Source: Haplodiscus bocki (taxonomy: Eukaryota). From it: a stretch of DNA of 64,000 nt. Positions 23,000-36,800 of the stretch are shown piece by piece. The notes beneath the pieces were generated by a model. The model saw only the letters and a list, made by a program, of their open reading frames with translations. It made no database searches and was not told where the DNA came from. Both the position numbers and the translations under genes were made by a program. Positions within the stretch are counted from its first letter, which is position 1. Each line of letters begins with the position of its first letter. Where the stretch lies: the NCBI GenBank assembly GCA_965655095.1, contig OZ296649.1, positions 23,498,001-23,562,000 of the forward strand. The letters run 5' to 3'.

Positions 23000-25900
23000 T
23001 TTCCTTCCCAGGGTATAAACCAAATGGCAATCAAATCATCAAAAATGCAAGCAACTTTCCAGCTGATGAATACCATGCCGGATCTTGAACTGAATTACCT
23101 TTTGCCCGGTTGTCTGTAGTAGCAGCTTATCAAATGTTACCATAACATAAAATTTCTGAAAGGCGATGACAAAGCATTGGCGAGGAGCTGCACCCTGAAC
23201 ATTTTGGTTCCGTTCATTGAGGAATGACACCGATAAGTCAACTTGTTTTGGACATCAATATCAACGAAGAAACACTTGAGATTTTAGAACCACTCAAACG
23301 AAATCATTTTCAAACAATCAAAAAAAGTGTTTGAAAATGTGTTTTTATATTCATGGTGTTGTAAATTTATTGCTGAGGTTTCATCTGAATCGTTATTTGA
23401 AAACGAGTATCTTCTAAGATACGAGTGTCCCCTAGAAGAAGAAGCTGAGTTGGAAAGAAAAACAAAACCAGTTTTCTTGAAATCCATTTCAGGACCAGCT
23501 GTAACACCTGTAGCAGGTGCATCTGGGAAGCGAGCCAAGAACATGATAAATGAGTTACTTTACCAGTCCTCAGATGTTTTCGTGAAGCATAAAGCAGATT
23601 TGGCTAGACGCACACTGATGAAGAATAGCCTTGTTATACTCTGAAACACCAACCCACATCGAGTAGGAGCAAAGTTACCAAAAAAGAAAAGACAAACCAA
23701 GGCCTCCGAAAGTTTATTGCTTTATTCATGATATCTCTATAGTACTGGTTTTGGTTAAGTTGAGTGGAATTGAGAAAGAGAAGGGTGCGAAGTGCGCTTG
23801 GTTTGACACAGACTGTAGCTGAACGACGCAGTAGTCAAAAACGGTACCCTTGATGATTGATGATTACTTGGTGACAATACGCGGAATCGTCGACTGTTCA
23901 CACGCTACAGATTTTGATTGGAATCCAACTAAATGTGATGAAGTTCGCCGCCAAGTGTGAGGGAAGAGCCATCACCGGCAAGACATCCGGACTCCGAAAT
24001 ACTACTACTTAACTGGAAAGTTTGTCAAACAATGACCATCTGAGGAGTTTCACAAGCTGTTTCGGAGACTGCATCCCAAATTAGGAAGCCAAAGTTCACC
24101 CAGTGAAGACACTGAAGAACAAACACATCAACTTCCAGTGATCTCCCGACGCCAAGAAAGCTCCTGAAAAATTCGAGAACGACATGTCGATTGCAACAAC
24201 CCTAGCCTTGTTGACCAACGAAGAACGTTTCATTCTGAACATGGGGGCCAGTGCATCGGAAACAGATTTCGCAAGTAAAAATTCACATCGACAAGTCTAC
24301 TTTGGCAGCGATTACTAGGACTCAACCTGCGCGAAACACGGCTCACTGAACATGAAAGTACTTTCTACGTAGTATACATCAAGAACTTCACACGGCACTA
24401 CAAAATACCTAATCTGAGAATTAAGGTTAGAGCTTTCTTGACAGGAAACATAAAAACTGCTTACGGGAATCACCGGAAAATTTGGAATACTGTTCGGTAA
24501 GCACAACATGGACACTGAGCATCACCTCCGCACCAAGCACGGTTTTTCTGATGGTTTCAGTAGAAAGAGAAACCACATTAATTCACAATCGATCAATGTT
24601 GCAGAAAATGCAGGTAGTAGATCAGATTGCAATTTTTTCATAAAGAGTAACATGAATTGCCAATCCAGCGGTTTGACCAGTGAAACAAGCAGAGGACAAA
24701 GTGAAAAAAAATTGAAAACGTTCATCTTTGAACATTTCGGCAAACACCACAAAGTTCTTGGAACCGCGTAGCCAAGCGAACTAAGCTAAACTTCCCAAAA
24801 TTCTTTCCGGAACAAAACAAGTTTGAATCATTGGCAACACGGTGCAGTTTTTACAGAGCCTCAAAAGTGCCTGGAATACACTTGAAAGCAACGAGATTGT
24901 CACAAGCGTAAAGAGTTTGATCGTTATTTTGTGATTTACTAAAACCTGAAAGACATTGCAGCAATTTTGAATTTAGAGATCACTTCCCCAAAACTGCGCA
25001 AGGTGATGCTATGACACAAGCAATTCGCCGACTCATCAATGACTCCTCAAGCAAGTATTCAGCGGACCAAGGCAAATTTTGGACGAAAAAGACTGAGAAC
25101 AAAAAAAGCACCTTTCTATCAAAAAACAAAAACTCCTTTCTCTAAAGAAAATCATCAAAAAACAGGCATGTTCAGAACGTACGAGTGATGCCGCAATTTT
25201 TCCAATGGTTTAGAAAAATATGGTGAGCGGAAGTTTCAATGAACTGTTGCAAAATGATCGCATCAAGATTTGTAAAAGCAAATTGATCCAAGGCGTCGTT
25301 GAACAACGAAACAGGACACTCTTCAATTTACCATCTATCGACTGCAGTGTATGAATGAACAATTGGAACTTGTATCTCGATGAAGTACTTCAACACTACA
25401 TTAGCAGCCGGCAAAACTGGATTCTCACTTAATTTGATTACGGCTGGGAATAAAAATTAAAAGCCTTAGTTTTATGTCTACTAGAAAGTACATAACCTTG
25501 AATTCGTCCCTCACCAAAAAAATGTTGCTAAAATTTTTCAAAAGCAACAAAAAATCAAGGCGTTAGCGAGCCAGAACCTCCATCAAGCCTTAGACAGAGC
25601 CAGCATTTTGAAACCACTTCCAACGGCGAGCTTTCTCCCAAGCGGAGAACAAAGTGTTCTGTCACGTCATCCACAAAAAATGAATCGGAAAGCTTTTGCA
25701 TATGGGAAGAGGATCCTTTACAATGAATAACGTGGTGCACAAAGAACACAAGCTTTTCATGTCTAATACATCATTCGAGATTCCAGAATTCTGCTTTGAG
25801 TTTAGTTTTTTGGTGAGAAATTATCGGAAACAGAAAAATGAGTACACTCTTCCTCAAGGAGCAAGATGTCCATTGTTCAGATAAACCGGTAATAGAAAAA

Positions 25901-26300
25901 CCAGTATATTAGTTTCGAAACGAAGTAGGTGATGCATCAATTGTTTCATTTGGGGAAAAAGCGCAAGAATCACTTTTAAATCAATCATAGAGGAAAAAAC
26001 TTTTAAAATCAATTTCGCCAACGCTATGATTGTCCAAGTCTGCAAAACGAAACGAGAAAACGGGCAGACGCCTGTCCTGCTTGGCAGGAAAAAAAACCAC
26101 CTCATCGATGCTAGACAATCCTCAGCTGGACTCGTATTGAATTTTCAAGATCAATCATCTGAAAAGATAGGAAGGCAATTTCAGACACACAAGACAACTT
26201 TCGAAAATAGACCAGGTTTCCGAAAATACTGGGGCACTCCGCAAAAGCCGAGGAGCACACCGCAAAAACTATCGTTAGACAACTCGTAAAATTTTGATTA
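23000..26300 (+). mobile_element. Decayed Ty3/Gypsy pol (RT, RNase H, integrase, GPF/Y), likely the same lineage as the 480-7070 element
   Basis: 'DVFVKHKADLARRTL...PHRVGA' pre-RT (23570-23670), degenerate RT (23780-24330), 'MDTE' for DTDAS (~24508), integrase 'SFNELLQNDRIKIC' and 'VVEQRNRTL..CS..MNNWNLYLDEVL' (25230-25400), 'KLLHMGRGSFTM' as GPF/Y-like (25690). Confidence 0.75.
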
Positions 26301-27049
26301 GATAGAAAGTGATTTCTTTTGAAAGAAAAGCTTGTGATGAATAAATTCTTTCAGGGTGCACCAGTACCCGAGATATCTCAACTCCATGTTCACGTTACTT
26401 TCTGATGATCGGAGGGCACAAATATATGCCACCCGTTTACGTTGCCCCCCTGTTCCCACTCTTGCTCTACCTGTGCTTGCTTTTTTGGCTCAAAAAATGA
26501 AAAGTAGAAGATGGCGTCCATGTTCGAAGAAGAGATTTTTTTGAGGATAGTTTAAAACAGTCGAAGTGAAGGTTTTGCTAATAAGTTTCTGAGTGATAAT
26601 GTGAAACCACAAACATCAAAATACACTTTAAATAGTGGCACTCAGAGTACATGCCAGAGGAGCATTTGAGGATGTTTGTATACTAAACGAAATAATAATG
26701 GAAGATGTGTCCGTTTCCTTTCTTTTTGGCTTCGTTTTTAAAACTTTTTCACATTAGCAGCAGATGCTTTAAGATGTTCAGGTTCATTTTCGCAAAAAAA
26801 CAAACGCTTCTTGCGAGAGGCAATCCACACACCCTTACTTCTGCTTGGATTTATATTTTGGAGATCAAAACAATTTTTCTAAACTGAGAAAAATTCTCCG
26901 CATCAATTGTTCCTGGAAGCATAACTTTCATTAGGTTTCTACTAGTCTCAAGCTACCCCAAAAGCTTTCAGAAGGTTTTCTTCAGAAAACTCTTTCGTCA
27001 GTGGTTGGGCATAACTTGATTTTAGGTGCTATGAATTTACTTCAAGATT

Positions 27050-28650
27050 TTCCACCACTCCTTTATTTGTTTTAACAATGTCCCAACTTGTTCCCAACTA
27101 ATGAGTGCGGATCCAGGTCGTGTCGACTTTATTTCTTGACGGTTTTCAGAACTAAACTCTCGGTATTTGACGTAATTTTTTAGGACCATCCAATGATCGA
27201 ACGAATTTTTTCATGGAACGCCTGTTTGTTTGATAAAATGGATGAACATAGGTGTGGTGCCAAGACTTTTTACTTGCCAATTCATCCGTAGGTTTCGTTC
27301 ATTCATCAAGTGTCAATTTCACGCAGACATCACCGTTGGTTAAACGCCAGTGTTCTTTCACTCTTTCGTTTCATCATCTTTTTTCGCAGTCGGGTTTTCA
27401 ATATTAATTCATGCCCATCCTCTATTTCGTTTCTAGTCTTTCAGCCATTCAAACTACTTTTGATTAGATTAGCCACTTCAATTTTTTATTCAGAGCTTCA
27501 ATCTTGTATTCGAGCCTCGAATCAAACATTTCTATATTGAAACTTCTGACGGAGCTTTCATCAATTTTCTTTTGTTATTTTACACATTCGAGTGTTTCCA
27601 CATCTTCACCTCAAAGTTTAACAACTTCTTGAAAATATCAACTGTTTGACTGCCAACTAGTAAATCATATCTCAATCTGTTTTTTTGTAGCCCTACAAAC
27701 AATTTTCTAAATAGAAAATTGCTGCATATTCAAGTCGCTGATCTGTGCCAGCATATTTCGATTGTCACTTTTGTCCCAGTCCTCTTCTGAACGAAAACTT
27801 CTAAGGTGCAGACATATTAGGAAATCCCATTTGTTTCGGTTATTGAAGATGGGAACTGGTATCCGAGTTTTTGATCCCACACACCGAAAGACATATAAAT
27901 GTTCATAGAGGAGGCATGGGTTTTTGTCGTGTTTGCTACGTCACTTCTATCTGATGGGTTTGCCCTTACAGTCAAAAACAGAGACTGTTGGTGTTAGGCT
28001 AAATGATGCTGTGAAAGGGGCGTCGGAAAAAGTTTCCTATAGCGTGAAAGATTTTTCGTTGATGCTTGAATCGATCATGTTTAAGAGATAATCAGAGACT
28101 TAATCAGAACCATCTTCTCATCTTGAGCTGCTTGATTTACATTTTAGTCCGTTGAGTCCTTGAAAAAGTGGTTGATGCATTCAAAACATACTTCAAATTC
28201 TTTTGAGAGGCTCTAACACTGAAATTCTTGATACAACTTTTCCCCAACAAAAAAGTTTTTCTCCACTCCTGCATTAGATTTCTTGCACCTCCGTCAAGAA
28301 ATTGTGAAAAAACAGCACGATTATCACACATCGGTTAATTGCTTCCACTATATGGTGTGTATCAAGTTCTCGCGTTTGAGTGGGTTGAGATTAGTCGAGG
28401 TTCCAAGGTGCCAACTCACATTCTTCTCATTGTTTCTACACATGGTCTATTACGTATTCTTGATGAGATTCAATATCTCTTGCTTCAGACCATGGGTTTA
28501 CGCATGCTGGCTTGAAAGAGTGCCCCTTCTCCTATTTGTCATTAACATGTACGGTGAAATGTCAGTTCATTTCTGATTGGTAATAGTGGACGCCACGGGA
28601 ACTTCATCGAGGTATCGCTCTTTCACCACTTTTCTGCACTAGAAAAATAA
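27050..28650 (-). mobile_element. Rearranged Gypsy integrase fragments
   Basis: 'RYLDEV..TDISPYMLMT' integrase C-core (~28530-28620), H2C2-like 'HHLAxHQ..CLSVC..RYQFP' (~27840-28010) and 'KKFVRSLDGPKK' GPF-like (~27180-27215). Confidence 0.5.
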
Positions 28651-28959
28651 ATAGCAGAGAACTTTTTTTTCGTGTTGTTCAATCAGAGAAATGAAGGGGG
28701 CGCTTAGTTAGACTTGGGAATCTTGATGAACGACGGTAGTTTCAAAAAGTACCTGGTAGGGTTCGTAATTAAATGAATTTCATTATCCCTCAGCAAGTTC
28801 GAAAAGGAGCAAGGTCTGGCAAATCAGCTTGTCAATTGAATTCCAGCAATCGCCTTTCTTTTTTACTTATGAGCTTCGCAGGTTACCAATTCTACCTGCT
28901 TAGTCAAATACTTACTGATCACTAACTTTCCCGTGTGTTCTGCTTTGGTTTTGAGAATC

Positions 28960-30300
28960 TTGAGCTGCGCTATTTGCAACAGCTCGTTGTTTTCATCCGC
29001 TGTCAATGAAAATCGTTCATCATTCTTGGGATGGCTTTTATTGGGTGAAAGAGTTTGTTTTGTCGGCCTGGCCAGTCAATGCCTTGTTTGAATTGTTTTG
29101 AGAACTTTCCGTTTTCTTCCATGAGTAGTTGCATGGTGATTCTTGCTGATTTAGCCCAAATAGATCGATTGTGGCTTCACATTCAGATCCTGATTGCGAG
29201 AAACATTCCCTTTTTCAGAGTTCTGTTCTGAAAATGCGACAATTGCATTGCGTTTCAAAATTTTTCTCGACAATGCCGATGCTTCTGCCAGACAAAACAG
29301 TTTGTTGGGGCTACGGCCGTCAAATCTTGCTCCCATTTGTATTGTGCGAAGGACGGATTGTCCGGTTTGGGAAATACTTTCCGCATAATCAACGTTTTTT
29401 CTACGTCTCCAAAGAATTGGTCGAAGATGAAGACTGAAAGACCTCCGCGGAGCCTGGTTCCGATCATGGTTCAGCTTGGGAGCAAGGTCTCTATTTGCTT
29501 ATGTACTCTCTTTTGGGAGAGGCAAAAAATAAGTTATGAGTATCAGTGTAAGTTCAGAATGAACCAAAACTCATTTTTTTTATTGCCAAGAGAAAAACCC
29601 AAGCGGCTCGAAGGTTGATGCGACTTGTCCTCGCGCTGGGATATTCTCCGTTCTCGTGAAGAGTGCCGCGTTTATTCTCACAATCAGTGTCCATTTGTGT
29701 AAATCAACTTTCATGACCCGATGCTTTGCTCAGCAGGCGACTACCTCTACAGCCAGGTTGAGCTTGGTTTCCTTTTCTCAAAATGTAATTTCGTGCCAAG
29801 GAAAAGAGTGTGAGAATTATGATAGAAAAGACTTGTGCAAGCATTAGCTAACTGGTGCGCGATATTTTATTCTGCGTCAGTTTTAAAGATTTGCTAAACG
29901 AGTCATACAAGTTTCATCCTCTCTTATTTTTTCCTTTAAACTCGATTTTATGGCATTGCTGGCATCTGGGTCTAGGGTAAGTGTTCCTCGGCCGTTCAGT
30001 TCCCCAAATAGCACCCCTTTGGATACTTTGTTCGTAAGCTGTTTCAATTCACAATGAGCGTTAGAGGAACATCGAAAATAAAGAGCTTACTTATCATAAT
30101 CATCATGGATAAGGTCCTGGCTGTGTAATTCGAAAAAAAACATGGTCGCAGTTTGGAAAACAAATGATGTTTTCGAGTTCGACCTTTTTGGGGGGGATTG
30201 CCGAGTTCTGTGATCGTTCTACCGCATAAATTTTTTTGCAAGTTCATGCTTTCTGCATAGCTGGTTTTTCGCTCGGTGTTCAGCTGTGGTTCTGCAACTC
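28960..30300 (-). repeat. Copy 1 of a tandem 1.35-kb duplication (decayed Bel/Pao-like gag)
   Basis: Aligns by eye along its length with 30302-31690, for example 29113 TTTCTTCCATGAGTAGTTGCATGGTGATTCTTGCTGATTTAGCCCAAA versus 30481 TTTCTTCCATGATTAATTGCATAGTGACCTTTGCTGATTTAGTCCAAA. The minus strand gives Pao-type Cys/His knuckle remnants 'NKLFCL..HRHCRE' and 'KNHHATTHG'. Confidence 0.75.
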
Positions 30301-30301
30301 C

Positions 30302-31690
30302 TGAGCTGAGCTCTTTTTTTGCATCAGCTCATTAAAAGACATGTTGTCAATGGAAATCGTGTAGCGTTTTTGTGATAGTTTTCATTGGGACAAAATGGAT
30401 ATGATGCAATCCACCTGGTCACTCTGTTGTGTGGGCTTGACCTACAATTGTCTCGTTGTTATCATTGGAGAACTAATTACTTTCTTCCATGATTAATTGC
30501 ATAGTGACCTTTGCTGATTTAGTCCAAATGGATCTGCTGTGGCTTCAAGTTCAGCCTCTGAACACGAGAAACATTTTCTTCTTTCAGAGTTCTGTTCTGA
30601 AAAAGTGACAACTGCATTGCCTTTCAAATTTTCTTTGGACGTCGCCGATGGTCCAGCCAGTTGTACCTGCTTTGATAGGGCTACGACTGTGAAATACTGC
30701 TCGTACTTTTATTGTGCGAAAGGCAGGTAATCTGGGTTGGGAAATCTTTTTCGCACAATCAACATTTTTTCAATACGTTCAATGTACTGGTCGAGGCGAA
30801 GGACTCAGAAACCTCTGTGGAGCATGGTTCCGATCCTGTTTCAGCTTTCTAGCAGGTTGTTTAATTACTTTGGTAGTCTCTTTTGGGACAGACAATTGTT
30901 AAGTCATGAGTCTTAATGTAAGTGCAGAAAAAAACCAAAGCTCAATAATTTTCTTTGGCATGAGGGAAGTCTAAATGGTCTAAATGTTGATGCCGTTGTT
31001 CTCGTGCTGGCATCTTCTCCATTTTCGTGAACGGTGCCAGCTTTATTCTCAAATTCCATGTCCTTTTGTTTAAATCAAATTTCATTTCCCGATGCTTCGC
31101 TTATCAGGCGATTAGGTCTACAGCCCGGTTGAGCTTGGTTTCCTAATCTCAAAGTGGAATTTCGTGCCGACAAAAATAATGTGACAACTGTGATAGAAAA
31201 CCCTGCTGCATACATTAGCTAACTAGTGCGCTCCAATTTATTTTGCTTCGGTTTTAATTATTTGCTGCACGAGACAGACAAGTTTCAACCTTTTTTTTGT
31301 TGAAAATTTCATTTCATGACATTGCTAGCACCTGTTTCTACAGCAAGCGTTCCTTGGCTGTTCAGCTCCTCAAAGGGCACTCCGTTTGATACTTTGTTAT
31401 CAAGTAGTTTCAAATCCCTCTGAGCGTTAGAATACCACCAAAAAATGAAATGCTTGCTCATCAGTTTCAACATGGATTAGGTTTTGGCTGTGTAACTTGA
31501 CATGGTGCCAGTTTGCGAAACCATTGAAGTTCGCAAATTGGACCTTTTTCTGGGGGAATGCTGAGTTCTGTTATCGTTCCAACGCGTTCCGTTTGGGCCA
31601 TTTCATGCTTCCTAGATAACTTGTGTTCCCCCGTGCTTGGCTTGGGCCGTACACTTTGTCTAATTGCAACTGAGTCCTGCAGCTCGCAAG
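30302..31690 (-). repeat. Copy 2 of the tandem 1.35-kb duplication (decayed Bel/Pao-like gag)
   Basis: Collinear diverged copy of 28960-30300. The minus strand shows 'KKCxLCEK', 'RRKCFSC', 'KGHYAINHG' and an upstream DUF1759-like 'KTEAK' segment. Confidence 0.75.
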
Positions 31691-31699
31691 AACTCCAAG

Positions 31700-34600
31700 A
31701 TTTTACGTACCGTGAGCAAGTGATGATCTATGGTTTCAATGATTATGTCATCAGTGGAACATATGACTATGCGGCCCGTCCAGTATTAAGTGAAAGTTGA
31801 AGTTTTGTCATTTGCAACTTGAAACGTGGCAGTAACATCTTCGAGAACAAATGACATTCGTTTTTGCCTGAAACTGCAACGAAGGAGCGTTTCACTTCTT
31901 TTCTTTTCAACCATGTTTAAATTAATTACCCAAAAAAGAAATGACGGATCTATCGTGACTGAGACCAAAAATTGGCACACGTGCCGGTTCGCCTTTTTTT
32001 CTTTGTCCTCGGTCATTCTTCGCTTGGTGGTAAGCATTTGAACCAAGTGGGTGCCTCATTTTGAGAAACTGCAACTGACTCGATCCGCCTTGAACCGCAT
32101 GAAGGTGTCTGAATACTCGCTGAATAGCTGTCTTAGCCAATACTTTTGAGTCAAGCACCAGCTGATTATGTGGTTTAAGGTCTTTGGATGCCTTCAAGTG
32201 GAACTCGCCCCAGAGTTTAATCTCGATCAAAAATACCGTAATCTTCTTGGTGGCAACTGCATCCTTTAAAACCATCCTGCTGTCATGATAAACAAAAAGA
32301 AACTCGATCAACATTATTTGCTTCAGAGACATGCTCGTTACTAATTACTTTACAACACTTCCGAAACTGAGCTCTTTTGAATCGCTCCACAAACTCAACT
32401 TCTTCAATTATGATTTTCATGTTCAGTATGCTTCAGTCTCTGGCGCGGTTTCTCACCAAATAGAACAGTGATTGATCCGGCTTTAAAAACTCAGAGTGTC
32501 GGCAAACACCAAAAGTGGTTGACCAATGCGTTCAATTTTGCTAACAAATTCACATTTGTGCACATGTGATGAGTTTAGGTTTGTTGTGAGTTGCTTTTTC
32601 ACAGGTGGAGTAACATAGTTCAACTTCTGCTTTTCCAGGACAATTCATATGATTAGCTGAGTTTCCTGTGACAGCCTGCTGGAAAAAGGAACTTATCTGA
32701 GGCGTTGATCAATATTTTTTCCGACATCAACGGTATCATTATGATGACAAAAAATGACATTGCCAAAACATCATCATTCAAGAGGCAAGCAAAGAGAATG
32801 ACAAAATCAAACAAATATCTTGCACCAATGAAACACACTCGCTCTGCCACTCCGGCTGTTCGCATGTCCCGCAACATTAAAGTTTTTTCCAAACAGAGAT
32901 CACCATTGCATTTTCCCCTAACCAAAAGTCCTCTGTGGTTGGCCCGTTTCTGACTTGTTGGGAAAGTCAGCACAAAATCAAAAATTGTGAGTTGTAGGAG
33001 TGGGCAGAAAGTAACATTCTTTCACATCATGATCTGCTTTTGCTTTTCTGCCATTATCACAAAATTTTCTTCAACGAGTTGCAAGTCTACTACAAATGGT
33101 GAAGTTTCCAAGATTTTGTACTTATTGTACATTGGGGACTCGGCTCCAAATCAAATACTGGTTCTTCACACCAGCTATGAATCTTTGCCGTCTATCATGG
33201 CGATAAATTGCTCCTGATAGAGCAGGATAGCTCTTGCTGTTGAAACTTTAAAAATTTTTAGGCTGTCTAAATACTCCATGGCTGACATTCCTTGTCTCTA
33301 AAGACCGGTGGCGGAAAAGATTTTAACCTCCGCTCTGCTGACACCTACACAAGTATTCTTGACTGAAGTTTTGAGATATTTGTCGTTTCCCGGATCTCTG
33401 ACTAAGCCTTCTGTGAAGGTAATGTTTCTCACCTTATCTGTTAATCTGTTGGTCGCAAGCAACACTCTCTCTGGGTCGTGCAAAAATGGCTGTGTAATTT
33501 GCGAAGTTTTATCACGTGCATCATGTTGATAATTCATCACTCCACCCATAAATACCTGGTTGTCATTGAAACCATGGATTGTTTTTTCTTGTCTTTGCTG
33601 AACATTAATTGATGTGAACGTTTTGCGATAGCTTCAATGAGTGTGTCTATCGTCATTGGTGGTTTCAGGTGATTCAATTTTTTAATGATTTATTTTATGA
33701 GCTGTGCGTCAATAATTAAAGAGTTCTATCTTCTTCCTGCTAGGGAACAAAGGTTGCGTGACGTCTATTTCCAGTTCTTGTTTTATTTTTGCTGTAAGAG
33801 CAAGTCTTGAAATAGCATTGCACCTTCTCTAGTCACTGAACACATTTGAGTGAAGCCGGAGTTTATTGTTTCCAGGTTGACAAAGTGGAACCAACCCAAC
33901 ATATTGTGTCAACACGTTGGTCCATAGTCATTGACTTTGTGAACCTGAGCCTTAGTTCTCTTCTTCCTTCACCCGCTTGATATATTTTTACCGTTTTGGT
34001 TTTTTTGGAAAGACTCAAAACTTTTGGAGACGTTGCTGTTTCTGATCATCAATACAATTGACCGAAGGCTAAATGGATGCTACGTTGACTTCTAAGGTAT
34101 CAACAGCATCCTTCATTTGGTCCAATTGTTGCTCAATTTTCAAATTTTTACCCCCCTTAGCTTTAACTCGTCCAGAGTTCTGTTACGACGAGGTATTAAT
34201 GTTTCCTCAGATCGCTATACTCGCGTTCTGCTGCCATTTTTGTCCTTCGAGGTTTCCTTCATACAAAAGTCCATCCATTCGTCCGAATCATAGTCTGAGA
34301 GGTTCATCCATGTCAGACGCTTAGTAATCTTTAAGCGTTCCTCACAAAGGCTAATAGTAGTTACATTTTTCTCATTTTTCCCAATTTTGGGCAGGAAAGC
34401 TACGATACAGCTTCTAACAGTTTCGGATGTTTTCTTTTTTTAATTGCATTGATTTTGCCAATCAAGGTACAGTTACAGCAGAGCCGTGGTTTCACATTTT
34501 CTTTTTCAACACAGGGTGTTGACTGGAAGCGATCCTTTAAAAAGATGATTGAGGTCGATTCGCTTCCTCGCAGAGGCTGAGTTCGAATTGATCTTCAATT

Positions 34601-35100
34601 TGCAGATCCTGAGACCCCAATGTCTTTTCTGTCAGTTCTGTTTGACCTTCCGTTAGTCATGTTTGTATCTGATTTCTCCCATAAACTATCGAAAGGCTCC
34701 ATTTTGGAAAATACTGTACAGATGAGTTTGAATGCTAGGTGGTTTCGCCAGAAAGACCAGATCGATTTCTCGAGAGCTCGCATTTTCCGACAGATTGGGC
34801 ACCGAGAACAGTGAAATACTGTCAACTAGGTCACTTCTCAAAAAAGACAACTTTACAAACTCTCCTTTCACTTAGAGCTTAACGAAGCGTTTTAGTCCAT
34901 GTTGGATCAGTCTGCTGCTAACAATCCATAATTTTAATTTTTGCTGTTTACATTTTTTTACCTTTTTGGGGCACATTTTCGGAATCTCGATTTCAACTGA
35001 ATGTTGCTTTGTGTCCTGAATCTGTTTCAGTGCTTTGCATTAGCTGAGAGCTCAAACGGCAGTGGTTTTACATGATGCCAAAGTCAAAAACGAGGTCGCA
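31700..35100 (-). mobile_element. Decayed Ty3/Gypsy gag-pol (gag, RT, RNase H, H2C2 integrase N-term)
   Basis: gag-like 'SIWSFWRNHLAFKLICTVFSK' (34595-34825), RT N-term-like ORF 33298-33549, RNase H-like 32653-32973 ('FIGARYL'), H2C2 'AIQRVFRHLHAVQGG' (31922-32332). Confidence 0.55.
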
Positions 35101-35299
35101 GCCTGTCAATTCTAGTGCTTTTCGTAGCTCCCACAGGTAAAATTGTGTGCGCATGCGATATCCATTCTCAGTGCGGTTGTCAGCAATTGTAACTTTGAGC
35201 TGATAACCATGGAAACCGGGATGCGTTGCACAGCTTACTTTCGATGAGCTCTACTCAATCAGAAATAAACAAGACAATTTTTTTGCGTTTTTCGACCGA

Positions 35300-36800
35300 A
35301 TACATGTCTTAATCCAGTTTCACACTCCTAATGGTCGGGAAAAGTCAAAAAGGTCCCATTGACCTGAATTTAGTTTGCTGTTTTTTCCCAGTTATGGAGC
35401 TTTAGGGAAACAATTCTTGGGGTCGTTGAGACACTATGAACTAATTTGGGTCACCTTGAATTCCAGAATCATAGTTCTGTCCGCTATCAGAGCGGCCCGC
35501 AAACTGCTGCACTGATCAAAGGCTATCAAAACGGGTCTACATGTTTCCATGGATGTACAAGGCTCAAAAGCGGGCTGTATGAGTTAGTGCGACCTGACCT
35601 ATCTCTCTTTCAGAGACTCTGGGAGTTGAAATTCGCGAGAAGTCAGCTGTTTTTATATTTTTTGCCAGATATTATCTATTGTACTGTTTCATGTGGCTCT
35701 AAAAATAATTTATTCTCCTTTAGTGATTTGTCAGGGTTTTTCCTGAGACTCCCGTGGTTCAAAAGGTTCAGTAGGGTTTGTTATGTTCTCTAATAGTAAA
35801 TGTACCAAAGTCACTTGAAACCTCAGAGTATGATCGTTTGTGCTTTTCTGAACGAGTTTTTTGAAGTTGTGAACGGTCCCACATATCAAGTTTTTCCGTA
35901 AAACCGGGACAACGATACTTGTGCTGTCTCAAATTGCACAAAACTTCCAGCCATTTGAGCTCACACGCTTCAGTTTTTAAAGATGTTGAAATTTCGGAAA
36001 GTGTCAATATTGACCTTATTGTTCTGACAGTTGTCAAACATGACTTTATTATCGTAAAATAATGTCAATAGTGACCCATTTGCTCTGTTTGGGATCAATG
36101 TCTACGAAAATCTCGAGTTTTAACTACCGTCGGCATTAATGTAGGCAAACTCGATTCAAGATCACCGAGGTGGCGGTCACCACTCGAAGATGTAGCAATG
36201 GCTGACACTGAAATGCTCAATTCAACGCCAAACTACGGTTACCTCAATGTCAGCATTTTAATCGAATTTGTTTGTATCCGGTAGAATGAGCCGCAAAATG
36301 GCTTTTTATTTCAAAGCTGCTAATTACGGTCTGGAAGAAATTGGTGTCTTAGAAAATTTGTCAGTGGGAATTGCTCCCAAAATCAGTCGATTTTCTGAAT
36401 TTTTGGCTACAATCTGGTGAGAAATGTTGAGAAACAACTGAAAGGAATTTGCCTCTTGATCTTCCGCAATTAATGCGAGGCTGCGGAGTATCCAATTCAT
36501 TTGTTCAAAACATCGCAAGCTGTTGGTTTTTAACCAGAGAACGTTCCTGAAGATGTTGGTTTTGGTAATCTGTCCGCCTGAAAACCTTTCTTTACCATAT
36601 GATAAGCCCAAAACACTAGCGGGACCGGGCTATTGGCGGAAACGGACGGTCCGACAATCCGTTTCAGTCGAATATGAAAAAAGCTAAAACATAAAAGCAG
36701 CCAAGGGTGGATATCTCTGCTTTTCTCTGAGGGAAAAGCCTTCAAAAAAGTTTTTCGTAGAACTTGTATGTAGAGGTTAGAACTCCAGTCTCTTTTATTC
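35300..36800 (-). mobile_element. Very decayed Gypsy gag/RT fragment
   Basis: Knuckle-like 'CFY...ETDCRT' (~36650-36700); RT-like 'PF..LISAA' and 'CLND' for YLDD (~35420-35540). Confidence 0.3.

Noticed and set aside
28960-31690. Pair of LTRs or an assembly artefact
   Set aside because: The copies are directly adjacent, carry gag-like coding relics, lack TG..CA ends, and are too diverged to be an assembly duplication.
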